Origin: Cenococcum geophilum
Lineage: Eukaryota
Reading direction: 5' to 3'
NCBI GenBank assembly: GCA_050273025.1
Contig: CP158635.1
Location: 5,518,001-5,582,000 of the forward strand
Length of the DNA stretch: 64,000 bases
Shown here piece after piece: positions 1-12,744 of this stretch. Under the pieces are notes generated by a model. The model had not been told where the DNA came from and searched no databases. It saw nothing but the letters and a program-made list of their open reading frames with translations. The translations under genes and the position numbers were made by a program. Each line of letters opens with the position of its first letter. Positions within the stretch are counted from its first letter, which is position 1.

Positions 1-1934
1 CGCCGCTTATACTTACTCTGCAATACTATATTACGTTAACTTTATATACCACCACTAAAATATAAAGCAACTCTAAAACCCCTATAATAGCCGCCGGCAT
101 TATATCTATACTTTAAAAATAACTAGTAGAGATATAGAAGTCTTTTATAAACGCTCTTATATAAAACTAAGTCACTTTAAATTAATAATAAGCCGAATAA
201 GAAGCATAATACTAGTGTAGGAGGGTACGACCTCTCTAAGATGAGAAAGTCATAGTGCTGTTAGTCAGTCAGTCAGTCGGTCAGTTAGTCGGTTAGTTGT
301 AATTAGTTAGTAGAATAGTTAGTAAGAAAGAAAAGAGTGTATTTCTGGTAACTAGTAGAGTCGTAATATATATAATAGAGGGAAGAAGGAAGGAAGCCGA
401 AGGCTTTATAAATATAGGAAAATGCTAAGATAGTAGGCGACGTCCAATCTACACCACCACACTAGTAACTAATTAAGGACCTCTAAGAAGAAATCCGTAC
501 GCTTAAGATATCTATATTAAGGCCTTAAGACCAAATACTATCCCTAGAGATAAATATATAGAACATAAGCCCTAAACATATAATAGCTATTTACCCTAAA
601 CCAGCTATTGCACTATAACGATCGAATAATTACCTAACCCCCTAGTATTTACTAGTAAACGGCAAGAGCTCTAATTATTAAGCTAGCTTAAGAATAAGCT
701 AACTAGTAACGCTAACCGTTACCTAACTAAAGCTAACTAACTCTACTACACCCTAAGCTAACTAGGAGGAAAGGTAGCTAACCTTATTAAACCCCTTTAA
801 CTAAACTTAGTATAAAGCCTAGTTATACTTCTTAAAGCTATATATAGGGATTTAAACCGCTAAGCTACTACTTAGAGAAAGATAAACTATATAGCTTAAG
901 GAATAAAGAGTTTCCCAGTATACTTCTCCGAATTTAATTATTACGTAAAGACAACTGGCTAGAACGACTCTATACTAGTTAACAGCCTTATTAAATCTTT
1001 AAGCCCTAAACTAAAAACCTCCCTAATAGGCGTAGACCTACTAGGAGCCCTTAATGCCTACGCAAACGTTATTAATAAACGGTATAATAATATACTACGC
1101 CTAACACCGAAATACGCTCCTTAATATAATATAATAGCCCCGCGAACGTCTACTAAGTTATCTTAGCTTAAGCACCCTAATGCTATAGATATTAACACTA
1201 GGACCCTAGAATACGCCCTACTAGGGTCCTTTAAATATAAAAGTAACTCCTACTTCTCTAACTACTACTCTATCCTTATACCTAAACACTATTTATAAAC
1301 GGCTAATACTAGTAACCATTTACCGTATTAATCTTCCTGTTACTATCCCTAATTTTTACCTAGTTCTAGCCCCGTGTCTAGTAAGCACTACTTATAAGGA
1401 TAAAGCTATAACTAATATTCTATAGAAACCCCTTCCCACTTACTACTAAAAGGTATATTTTAGAGTTAAGTTGCTTTCTAGAACGGTTCTGCCTTAGGAT
1501 CTTATTAAATGCTTTAGATATTACAAACCCTAACTCTTAGAAGCGTAGCATAACTATTAACTATTATCTATAGTAGAATAATTAATAGGCTAATATTTAA
1601 GTCCTAATTAATATAGGAGCTAGTAATATAGGATTTATTAACAAGACCTTTACGTAAGATAATAGTTTTACCTTAACCCCCCTTAACCGGCATATTAACA
1701 TATTTGGATTTAATGGCAAACGTATAGTTTTAAGCTAAATTACCTATATAGTATACCTAAGACTTTAATACCTAAACTATAAAGAACTAATTAAACTTTT
1801 CGTTACTACCCTAGATTACTTAGTAATCCTTAAATAACCCTAGATAAAGCTATATAAGGTAACTATTAATTAGAACAACCTTAAGCTTCTATTTACCGCC
1901 TCCCGTTATAAGTAGAAGTGCCTTATAACTTATT

Positions 1935-2220
1935 ACTTAAACCTAAATCTAAAATCTAAAAAATCTACTAAGATCTACTAGTCTAAAATTTCTATAACTG
2001 TCTACCTTATACCTAAGGAATTTACTAAATTCCACTAACCTAGGAATTTTACTAAATTCTACTAACGTAAGATTTCCACTAATATCTACTTTATGCCTAA
2101 GGAATCCACCAGATTCCACTAGCATAAGAATTCTACTAAATTCTACTAATATGGGAATTTTACTGATACCCACTAAGGATCTAAAAACTTTACTAAATTC
2201 TATAAGTTATTACTAAGTAC
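1935..2220 (+). repeat. Degenerate tandem repeats in the PR-RT spacer of Gypsy A
   Basis: Recurrent units such as ctaaggaatttactaaattccactaac and aggaattttactaaattctactaac; the listed ORF 1949..2173 is their antisense shadow. Confidence 0.7.
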
Positions 2221-4349
2221 CGCACCGCCCTAAGCTAAGTAGAAGCTTAAGCTTAATATACAAAAATACTAAAAGGACTAGTATTCTACTATAAAAAGGA
2301 TTTTTGAAGAACCCAAACCTAAATCTAATACTAACTCTATACCTAATACTAAACCTAAACTTAAATAAGAAACTATAGATAATCTAAGCAAGTTTAATAC
2401 CCTAAATATCTATATAATTAGAGCTATCCTACTAGCGCAACTTACTAAGAAACCTAAATATACCATCTTCGCTGTTACTATAGCTAATATTAAGAAGGCC
2501 TTAGCACTAAAAAAGTATACTAACCCTGCTATAAAGGTACTAGTAAAGTACTATAACCGCCTAAAGGTATTCTTACGGAAGGAAGCCGATAAGCTACTAG
2601 AATACTAATTATACAACTATAAGATTGTACTTAAAGAAGGAAAGCAGCCTAGATTTAAACCCCTATATAGGATGTTCTAAAATAAACTCTAAGTGCTATA
2701 AAAGTATTTAGATAAGAACCTAAATAAAGGATTTATTAGAGCAAGCTTATCGCCTATAGCTATACTAGTAATCTTTATTAAGAAACCTAGCGGTGGTTTA
2801 CGCTTCTATATAGACTACTAAGCTCTTAATACCGTTACTATTAAGAACTAATATCCAATCCTATTAATATAGGAGATACTAAACTAACTAAGTAAGGCTC
2901 GCTACTATACAAAGCTTAATATTATCTCTGCATTTAACCGCCTCCGTATAATAAAAGGAGATAAATAGATTAATACATTTCGTACTCGGTATAGATTATT
3001 TAAATACTTAGTAACGCTATTTAGCCTCACAAATACTCCAAGCTTATTTTAATATTATATAAATAATACCCTACATCCCTACCTAGATATCTTCTATACT
3101 ACTTATATTAACAATATCTTAATATATAGTAATAACCTAACCAAATATTGGAAATACGTTAACTTTATTCTATAAGCCCTATATAGAACTGGTTTATAAT
3201 TAGATATAGATAAATATATATTCTATAAAATAGAAGTCCTATACCTTAGACTCCTTATTTTTATAAATGGCATATAAATAGACCTTAAAAAGTTAAAGTA
3301 ATTATAAACTAGTAAGAACCTAAGAACGTTAAGGATATAAGAGCCTTTATAGGATTTACTAATTTCTACTAATAGTTTATTAATAACTTCTCCGCCTTAG
3401 TTTTACTTCTTATTACTCTAACCTAAAAGGATAAAGCTTTTATCTTTAATAAGGAATATAAGAAGGCCTTTACTTATCTAAAGGTTATATTTACTACTAT
3501 ACCTATACTCTAATATTTTAACCTAAAATAAATAAGTATTATAAAAGCCGACTTATCTAATTACGTTACTAGAGGCATTCTGTCTTAATATAATAAAGAA
3601 GGAGTATTATACCCTATAGCATACTTCTTAAAGCAACTAAGCCCTGCTGAATATAATTATAAGATCTATAATAAAGAATTGCTAGCTATTATTAGATACT
3701 TTAAGTAATGGCAACCTAAACTAGAAGGCACTGGATTTCTAATTAAGGTCCTTGGCGACTATAAGAACCTATAGTACTTTATAACTACAAAACAGCTAAG
3801 TTATTATTAGGCCCGCTAGTTAGAATATTTATTACGCTTTAGATTCTTAATTATATACCACTTAGGCGTCTAAGGTTAGAAGCCTAATACCCTAACCTAA
3901 CGCTTATAAGACGCGCCAGCATTAAAAGAAGCGCGCTTTTACCAAAATTAGACCCTACTTTGTCCTAAACTATTTAACCCTTCTACTAAAAACCTTACTG
4001 TATACATCCTTAAAAATAACTAATTAATTAATTAAATAGATTATAATTAATAAATACTTAAATAACGAGTTTATCTAAGAGATGCTTAAGCTAATATAAA
4101 ATAGTATTAGACGCTTTAAAAAGATTTCTTTAAGTAAATGCAAAGCTTATAGAAACTACTTATACTACTAGAACCGCTTAGTTATACCTAACTATAATAA
4201 GCTTAAGCTTAAGCTCCTTAAACACGTATATAATCTACTAGTAGCCGGCTACCTAGGCTAAGGGAAAACCCTAAAGCTACTCTAATAAGAGTACTACTAG
4301 CCGAATATATATAATATAATATAAAGGTATATCTCTAGCTATTATATCT

Positions 4350-7300
4350 TTTTATTTTTATTTTTATATCCATTGTATTATACTACGTACAATACTGCGC
4401 ATGCAGCCTCTAGGCTATGGCGCTATAGTCCTATATACATGAATCCCTTAGGGCAGCTTAACATGTACTAGTAACTATGTCCTAGTAGTTTATAAGCCCC
4501 TAAACTAGGGGTTTATAGTTCCTTAGTAAAATACTAAGTTACAAGCAACTACTAGGGAATGAGAAAACGGTAGAAAACTATAAGAAATAAGAAATCCTAA
4601 CGCCTTTCCCTGTCCTTTTGTAATTTATTTCTGTCCTTTTGCTTACTAATATCTCTTTTCTAGGAGCCTAGTAGGAGTTACCTCCTATAGATCCTGCTGT
4701 TATTAGCCACTTTCTAGTAGCTATCCCTGTCCTACTTAGAAATAGGAAAAGCGCCTCTCTTCCTTTTTGTGTACAAAATAGCTTCTTTAGAGAGAGAGAA
4801 GAGCCTAGTTTCTTTCGCATTTCTCTTCTTTCTTCCCTATATAGGTTGCAGTCTAGTAGTAGATGTCTAGGGGTTTGTAGTGCTCTACATTCCCTAAAGC
4901 ATCTACCTTCTTTATCCTCTCCTATTACTTTAGTAAAGGATTTAAAATAGCCTTTTCCTAGCTTTAGCTGGAAGAAAGCCGATTGTAGCCTTTTAGGATA
5001 TTTATCCTTAGGGGCTTTAAGAGAAAAGGAATGGCTTCCTTTACAGATCCTAGTATAGTGTTTTCCTTTATTCCTATTCTGCTGCCAGTTATTTTTCCAC
5101 TGTTCTAGTATCTCTTCTCTTGCCGCTCTCCCTATATAGGCTAAGGAGGTATAAGAAGATTGTAGTTTTCTTCTAGAAAGGCCCTTTTTTGCTAGCTTAT
5201 CTGCTATTTCGTTCCTATAGATTCCTAAATAGCTAGGAACCCAGTAGAAGTTAATAGAGATCCCCTTACTAGCTAAGTAGGAACAGCTTTGCGTAATTTT
5301 AAAGACTAGTTCTTGCCCCCCTGTAAGAGAATTAAGCTGTAATCTCTTAATAGCCGCTTGGCTATCTATAAAGATATAGACTTGTTTCTCTTCTAGTCTT
5401 TGTTGTTTTAGGTGTTCTAGGGCCCTATAGACTGCATAGAGCTCTGCGTCTATAATTTCCATATAGGGTCCTAGATTCCAGTTCGTTGCATATTTAATCC
5501 TATTTCTCTCCCCTATTTTACATATAGCAGCTGCATTTAATTTATTGTCTTTAGAGCCATCTGTATAGTATATATCTACTAGGTCCCACTCTAGGGATTC
5601 TTATAAACTTTCTACTAGTCTTAGATGTTCTTATGCAGCTTCTTCTTTACTACCCCTTAAGATAGAAAAGAATGCAGAGATAGGAGGAGACCACGGTTTT
5701 TGCCATTCTAGAGAGATTCTCTCTATTTTCCAGTTTTGAATTAGCTGCTGAACTCTAGAGGCTAAAGATAGTAGCTGTATCTTTAGCTGTAAGAGGTACT
5801 TTATAGTAGAGTTTTTAGGGCTAGAACTAGAGCTAGAATTAGCTGCTAATTTGTCCCTATCTTTGTTGATCTCTTCTATATAGACCTTCTTAATTACGTG
5901 GTTTTCCTTGAATTTTAGGATTCTTAATGCGTAGTTATTGCAAAGCTTTTTAAATCTAATTCTAGGAGGAGGAATAGAGGCTTCGATCTCTACAGCTTGG
6001 CTAAGAGATCCTTTAAACGCTCCTAGAACTAGTTTTAGGGCCTCGTTTTATAGAGATTGGTACCTATCTAGTAGGTAGTCTCTAGATTTGCTTTTCCACC
6101 AGCATTGTACACCGTAGTCTGCTATAGTGGTAACGCAAGCTATATAGAGCTGTCGTAGGGCTTATAGAGATAGACCTCTTTATGTATTACCTAGTCTTCT
6201 AATTAAATAGAAGGCTGTTTTTGCTTTAGAGATTTGTATTTCTATATGTTGTTTAAAAGTAAGCTTAGAGTTTAAAAATACCCCTAACCACCTAACTAGG
6301 GGTTTAGGGGATATTTTTACGTCTCCTAGCTTTAACCCTTCTTCTATAGTAGTGCGTTTACTATGGAAGTGTATAAGCTCTGTTTTGCTAACGTCGAAAC
6401 TAATAGCAGCTTCCTTAGCTCTAGACATTAGCTCTAGCGCTATTCTCTCTAGCTTTTTACAATTAGACTTGGCTGAATTTGAGGTAACTGTAATTGCAAA
6501 ATCGTCCATATAGCTAAGAGAGTAGGCTCCTTCTGTTTGTATGCTGCAGATATTGCGTATGTATAGTAGAAATAAAATAGGGGATATAGGCGATCCCTGT
6601 GGTATCCCTGTTTCTAGTTCTACTTTTTCTTGTATTTGCCCATTAAAGGAAAGCTGTAGCTTTCTATTGCTAAGGAAAGTAGCTACCCATTGTGTAAACG
6701 CTATAGGTAGTCCTAGTTCCTTACAGATAGATAAAAGCTGGTTTTTAGAGACATGGTCAAAAGCCCCTCTTACGTCTAGGAATAACGTAGTGGCTATCCT
6801 TTGTCTAGCTTTTTTCCTACTATTTTTAGATTGGATATTATTTAGAAGTAATAAGACTGCGTCTATTGCAGACCGCTGTCTTCTTCCTCCTAGTTGAGAA
6901 TCTTGAAGTAAGCTAGTAGTACTAGCTAGATATCCTAATCTAGTAGCAAAGATCTTTTCTAAAGTCTTTCCTAGGCAGTTTAGTAAGGAGATAGGTCTAT
7001 AGGACTTTGGTAAGGAATAGTCCTCCTTATTTGCTTTAGGGAGAATAACTCCTCGAGCTTCTCTCCAGACCTTTGGCTGATAGCCTAGGATAAACAAAAT
7101 CCTATAGATTCTATACAGAAGATCTTCTATAGTAGGGTAGGCCTTTTATAGAATTGCAAAAGATATCCCATCTGGTCCTGGAGCCTTTTTATTAGAGCTA
7201 GAGAAAATTGCTTGTTTGACTTCTATTTTCTCTAGTTCTGGCCATTCCCATTTATTGTCTATTGTATAGTCCTTCCACTCTATAGGGCTAGTAGAAGGGG

Positions 7301-8410
7301 GGGGTTTAGGGAATAGAGTAGTTGTAAAAGCTTTACACTGGTCCTCGAAGCTTTCTACTAGTCTAGTATTCCCGTCTTTGCTATACTGTAGACTAGGGAT
7401 TATTCGCAATGTTCTCTCCTTTGTGTATTTTAGGGCAGTAAAGACTTCCTTTCCTTGTGCTTTTTCTAGGAAGCTATTCCAGCAGCTAGTCTTGGCTTCT
7501 CTTATTGCGTGGAAGTATTGATTTTTGGCTTCTTTATAGGCTTCTAGTCTAGAACTTCTAGTAGGTTGTTCTTCTTGAAGTCTTCCTAGTTTTGCCATTT
7601 TTTGTCTTTTCTTTAGAAGCTCTTTATTCCACCATGGTTTAGAGAATTAGCAGGTTCTAGATCTAGGGATAGCTTTCTCTGCTACTAGCTTTATACCTCT
7701 AGTAAGATCTATTACTAGATTATCTACTAGTGTACTTAAGCTTCTATCCCTAGGTCTATAGGAATCTTCTAGAGAGGCTAGGGGACCTTTTTCTCCTATC
7801 TCTATATAGGGGTTTTCTCCTACTAGTTCTTCTAGTACTAAAAGTTTCGCTTCTAGTTCTAGCTCTAGAACTTGCTCTTTTAAAGAGGTAGAGAAAAGCT
7901 CCCAGTTTGCCTTTTTTATAGAGAAAGGAGTTTCTTGAAGAGGGTTTAGGTATCTTTGCGTCTCTCTAGTAAATAAAGAGAATGCTATAGTCTTGTGATC
8001 AGATCCTGTTTCTTCTATTATAGTCCAATTATCCCAAGTATTTTCTTGGAAGTTTCCTGAGTAGAAGGCTAGGTCTATAATAGACTTTTCCCTTATATTA
8101 GATCTATAGAAGGTCCCTTCCTGTTCGTCTGAATTTAGTAGTTGGCAGTTATATTTGTCTAGCCAGTCTACTAGTTCCTTAGCCTCCCTAGTTGGGTTCC
8201 TAGCTAGCGCGTTCCACCGTTTATGGTGTAGGTTATAGTCTCCTATTAGTACAAAAGGGAGATCTATTTCCAGTTCTAGAATGGCCCTAGAGATAGTAGT
8301 TATACTACTTCTTTGGGTTCTAGAGTTTTCGTCTAGTTGTCTCTCATTATAGATGTTAAAAAGTAGAAATCTTTCAAGTTGGCCATAGATTTCTAATACT
8401 ATAATATCTT
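4350..8410 (-). mobile_element. 5'-truncated Tad1-like LINE (non-LTR retrotransposon) inserted into the integrase of Gypsy A
   Basis: 12-bp TSD gctattatatct (4338-4349) / gctgttatatct (8411-8422), differing by one G->A. A-rich (ATAAAAA)-type tail at ~4350-4366 on the - strand. ORF2 pieces encode EN, RT and RNase H. Confidence 0.95.
4668..8410 (-). pseudogene. LINE ORF2 (partial APE endonuclease, RT, RNase H, C-terminal Cys/His motif), broken by RIP stops
   Basis: EN motifs GDYNLHH, IIDLAF, TGSDHKTI; KAPGPDGI; YRPISLLNCLGK, GIPQGSPISP, YMDD, WLGV; RNase H AELYAV, FIDSQAA, WVPSY, ADKLAK; CFREC..QTPRHLLLDC. Confidence 0.93.
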
Positions 8411-9524
8411 GCTGTTATATCTACTAATAAGCTAAAGCTTTATATAAAACGTATAACGGCTTTTTAAAGCTACTACCTATTCCAGACCGAAGATAGAAGG
8501 ATATCTTAATTAACTTTATTATTAATCTCCCCGTAAGTAAAGGCTGTATAAATATTATAGTAGTTATAGACTAATTATCTAAGATAAGATACTTAATGGC
8601 CTACCCTAATATATTAACACCTATTATCGCCTAACTGTTCCTAGATTATATATAGAAACTTTACAGACTTTCCGAAATAATTACCTCTAATAAAGGTAGC
8701 TAATTTATTTCTATATTTTAGAAAGAACTAACTACCCAACTCTATATTAAAGTACTACTATCTACTATATATTACCCGGAAATAGACGGTTAAACGGAAC
8801 GTATAAACGCTATAATAGAATAGTATATCTGGATATATATGTCATATTTTATAAAATAACTAAAATAACTAGCTTATATTCGCCGAGTTTACTACAAATA
8901 ATTCCGTCTTAGAAACTATAAAGGTCTCCCCATTTCTAGCTAATTACGGCTAATATCTATAAATAGGTTTTAAACCTTTTAGTAATATTCCTCGCCCCGC
9001 TTATTACGCCTTATAAGTTATAAAAGTAAATAAATTTATAAAGAAGATAGAGGAACTATAATAGTTCTTTACTAATAAAATAATATAGGCCTAATCTATC
9101 TATAAAGCCGCAGTAAATAAGAAATAAACCCTAGTACTAGCCTACTAAATTAATAACTTTGTTTAGCTAGATATAAGAAATCTAAATATAAAACAACCTA
9201 TTAAAAAACTTAATTAGAAGAACGCTGGCCCTTAGAAGGTTAAGAAGGTTATTTCCTCTTACGCCTATTAACTAAAGCTCCCTAATACGGTTAAAATCCA
9301 CCCTATATTCCATACGTTAGTCCTCTACCCTACTATCTCCGTATTAGATGCCCTGCCTAAATAAATATAGGACTCTCCCCTACTAGTTAAAGTAGATAGT
9401 AAGAATAAGTACTTTATTAAAAGAATTAATAATATTAAGTATAATAAACGGAAACGCTAATATATATATCTTACGAAATAGAGAGGCTTTACTAAGTCCT
9501 TATAGAAATCCGTTAACTCTATAA

Positions 9525-9945
9525 TGTTACGGACGCTTTAAGTACAATGTTATAACTACTTGGAGAAGAGTCGGAAGAAGCTAGTTGGTTAATACAAGCA
9601 CGGTCTAGAATGGGACCCGTGGAACTATGTAATGAAGAGTGGTAAGTAAGTTATATAATGTGCTACGTATTAAACAAGAGGAACGAGAGGAACTTACGTA
9701 CCTTATATATAACACGTACATTACGTATAAGAAGGATTTTATAGGAGTACGATTGTGTATTTAAGGACCCTTGGTCCCTACCTAGATAGTTCCTTCCTTG
9801 TAGTGATTCTTAGAATACAATTAGAGTTAATCTATTAGGCAACCACTCCACTAGTTGTTATTACGTTGTTGACTTTCTTGCAATACCTATATACCTAGCC
9901 CATTAATAGGACCTACCGTAGTACTTGCTATAAGGTTCCGTTACA
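9525..9945 (+). mobile_element. Solo LTR (421 bp) of the Gypsy E/G family, inserted in the chromodomain region of element A
   Basis: TGTTAC...TTACA termini; TSD TATAA at 9520-9524 and 9946-9950; closely similar to the LTRs at 32461 and 39885. Confidence 0.96.
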
Positions 9946-10040
9946 TATAAGACTTATATAAGCTATAGAAGACTTTTATAAACTCTACTTAGAACTACTA
10001 TAGCCCTATCTCGCAGAAGCTTAAGTTTAAAGGGGGGTAC

Positions 10041-10411
10041 TATTACGGGATACCCTTATAACACCTTACACACATTTACCTATTTCTACTAACTTAGCAA
10101 TTAGAGACTAACCGTAAAATGGCAATTTAATAGCAATCTAATAGTAATCTAACGGCAATCTACGGCATTCTACTATATTCTGCTAAGTTCTACTAAATTC
10201 TGCTAAGTTCTTTTAGGACTATAACCTAAACCCTATTCTGCCCTATATACGTATTAACTAAGCAACTAAGTTAACGATATATGCCCTTTCTTCCCGTTTT
10301 CCTACCTTCTCTCCTTACGTAACGTCTTGACCTCCTTATAAAGTTTATATATATAGCTTAATAATATCTACCTTGCTATATATTATCGCCGCTTATACTT
10401 ACTTCGTAACA
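10041..10411 (+). repeat. 3' LTR of Gypsy element A (371 bp)
   Basis: TATTACG (RIP'd TGTTACG)...CGTAACA termini; follows the PPT; its end matches the start of the window. Confidence 0.9.
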
Positions 10412-12149
10412 TATATAGAAGATATAAAGGCTCTATAAGTACTGCTCTAATATTAAGAACACTAAGGCGATATTATTATATCTAATATACAGCAACTAGA
10501 ATAGCTTAAAAAGCTTAATCTATAAAAGTTAACTACTAGCCACTATTAGGGGACCCTAGATAGATGGCTTATATAATATCCATATAATAAATCAGTATAT
10601 TAATAACCTTATTATAGCGATTAAAAAAAGTTATACGGAACGTCTTGTTTTAACAAGAGTTAACTATAAGGGAGGTAATAGTTGGGTCCCTAACGTATAG
10701 GCCTATTACCTAATAGTAACTACTTTATTTAATAGATCTTATTAAAGTCCCTTAGATTATAAAATTAACTTTTCAACTAAAAGGTTAGTAATATCTACTT
10801 ACGGATATACCTATATCCGCTAATTTAACTCTCCAGTTAAAGCTTGCTAAGGTAATTAGTATTTTTTTATTTTAATTTTACCCCTATATCCGTTATATTA
10901 TACTACGTATAATACTATATATATAACCTCTAGGCTATAGCGCTATAGTTTTATATATATAAATCCTTCCTAAGCAGCTTAATATATACTAGTAGCTATA
11001 TTTTAATAGTTTATAAATATCTAAACTAGGGGTTTATAGCTCCCTAATAAAATACTAGATTACTATAACTATTAGGTAGTAGTAGGAAAGCGAGATTTTA
11101 ACGCCTATTCCTATCCTTTTATTTATTAATATATATCTTTTACTATTAGCTACCCTTTAATAGCTACTCCTATCCTATTTATAAACGCTAGTAGAATATA
11201 TAATAGGAATTATACAACTAACTGGGCTGCTAGTAGTAGTAGTAGTAGTAGTTATAGTTATAGTTATAGTTATTAGAATAGAGACGGTTTACTATAAAAT
11301 CGTGCTATAAGGTTTTAAACTATAAGTACTAGACCTAGTGACTTCCGGCAAGGTCGAGGTCGAGGTTAAACCGGTTATAGGGGCGACAACGCTAGTACTA
11401 AGGTGTATATATGTGGTTATAGAGGGGATAGCGGGGGAGAGGAGGTAGGTAGTCGGTAAGGTGATTAAGGCGATTAAGGTGGTGGTTTACGTTTCAGTAA
11501 TGGCCGAGGTATATGGCTTGGAAGCGGCTTCTAAGGTATTTAAGGTATAGTAGGCGTAGGCATAGGCGTAGGTAGTACGCGAAGTGTTGAAGTACTTTAG
11601 GGCACGGGCAGGAGATAGTTATAGAAGTCGGCTTTAAGTTTTGGCCACGAGCAATTGTCTTTATACTCCTTCATTAACTCCTTAATAGAGTATTCTTTAT
11701 CATTCTAGCTGTATACCCGCCTATTGTAAAAAGCGCACTTTATAAGGTCTTCGTAGTCCCTATAGACTTAATAGTAGAAGGCGGCGGCGAGTTTTATTGA
11801 AGAGAGGTATTAGTAGGGCTAGTCGGTATACGGGCTTATACGGAGGATATCGTTATAAAGCTAGTGTTGATGGCGGAGGCGAGGGCGAAGGCGAAGGCGA
11901 AGGTATTAGTGGAGGAGATATAGCTGGGTATGGCGGGAGCGGTGATATAGGGGGGCGAGAGTATAAAGAAGAAGGCTATAATAGCGGAGAGAGTGGATTG
12001 GGGTTATTCGTAAAAGAGAAAGAAGGCTGTAAAGGAGGCTGTAATAGTGGAGAGAAAGGATTCGGGTCGTCCGTAAAAGAGGTCCGTTCCTTTTTCTTTC
12101 TTTTCCCTTCCTTCCTCTCTGCAGTCATCGCCTGCGTCTTTGGAGCCAT
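10412..12149 (-). pseudogene. RIP-degraded ORF of unknown identity (Lys/Arg-rich start, then Pro/Ser/Thr-rich), interrupted by the LINE fragment
   Basis: Starts MAPKTQAMTAERKEGKRKKKERTSFTDDPNPFSP at 12149, followed by TAG/TAA stops of RIP type. No recognisable domain; extent below 11190 is uncertain. Confidence 0.45.
10862..11185 (-). mobile_element. Short, heavily RIP'd 3'-end fragment of a LINE related to 4350..8410
   Basis: Aligns by eye with 4350-~4740 (tactacgtataatact..., cctctaggctatagcgctatag, ctaaactaggggtttatag) and has the T-rich tail at 10862. No clear TSD. Confidence 0.8.
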
Positions 12150-12520
12150 CGCGAGTTATATTGTGGTTTGTAACTAGTATTCTAAGGTAAAGACAAATTA
12201 ATCCTTTTTTTTAAAATTTTTTTTTTTCACTTCCTCATTTATCCAATTCAACTTGCAAAAATTCCTGCCTACCGATTCGCAAAATCTCCGCCGAAAGAGC
12301 GCGGTATTTTTGCTGCCCCGTCGTGGCATTCAGGTTCTCGTCTAAACACCACGACAAACAGGTTGACACCATCCGCGGCATTAGATTGGGAGCTTGCTTA
12401 AATGGTTTAAGGGTAAGGCTGGACCTCGTCATTCTTCGGAGAGATGTCTAAAAGCATGGCAGTGCTCTGATCAGATCACATGGAGTCCCCGCAATCAATC
12501 TCCCTCGCCCTGTCAGTTAT

Positions 12521-12744
12521 TGTAACCGACTACCAGTACTACGTCAAAGACACTGCTGTATTACCTACTGTGGAACGTAAAGGTTACAGCCGGCCTTAAT
12601 TAGCCTAAAATGTCAATTACGGCTATATTGAGGATAAGATTAAGGGGTACTAGTGACCCACATTTGTTCGTGTATATATAGATACTCTAGATCTACATTT
12701 ACAATCAAGTCGTTCATTTAATTCTTCGCACTGCAAAGCTTACA
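12521..12744. mobile_element. Solo LTR (224 bp), family not otherwise present in the window
   Basis: TGTAA...TTACA termini with TSD GTTAT at 12516-12520 and 12745-12749. Confidence 0.88.

Larger units (their letters stand above)
1..10411 (+). mobile_element. Ty3/Gypsy chromovirus LTR retrotransposon (element A), RIP-degenerate; 5' LTR mostly outside the window
   Basis: Positions 1-25 (cgccgcttatacttactctgcaata) match the end of the LTR at 10041..10411 (cgccgcttatacttacttcgtaaca). PPT aaggggggtac precedes 10041. Domain order gag-PR-RT-RNaseH-IN-chromo is readable through RIP stops (RT 'LRFYIDY*ALN' ~2800 and 'AYINNILIYS'-like at ~3100; integrase ~4100-4340 and ~8420-9330; chromodomain ~9400-9520). 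Confidence 0.93.

Noticed and set aside
1949..2173. Repeat-rich ORF and regularly spaced repeats resembling an array
   Set aside because: Degenerate tandem repeats within Gypsy pol with no unique spacers; not CRISPR-like, and the context is eukaryotic.
6541..6897. 118-aa ORF on the + strand
   Set aside because: Antisense to the LINE reverse transcriptase.
10790..10830. VKLADIGIS on the - strand resembling kinase subdomain VII
   Set aside because: No accompanying HRD or APE motifs recognisable; could be chance in RIP'd sequence.
11797..12177. 126-aa Gly/Glu-rich ORF on the + strand
   Set aside because: Antisense shadow of the Pro/Ser-rich RIP'd ORF on the - strand; begins at a TTG and has no domain features.
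12235..12432. 65-aa ORF in non-RIP'd DNA
   Set aside because: Short, no recognisable motif or splice structure; more likely intergenic or promoter sequence.
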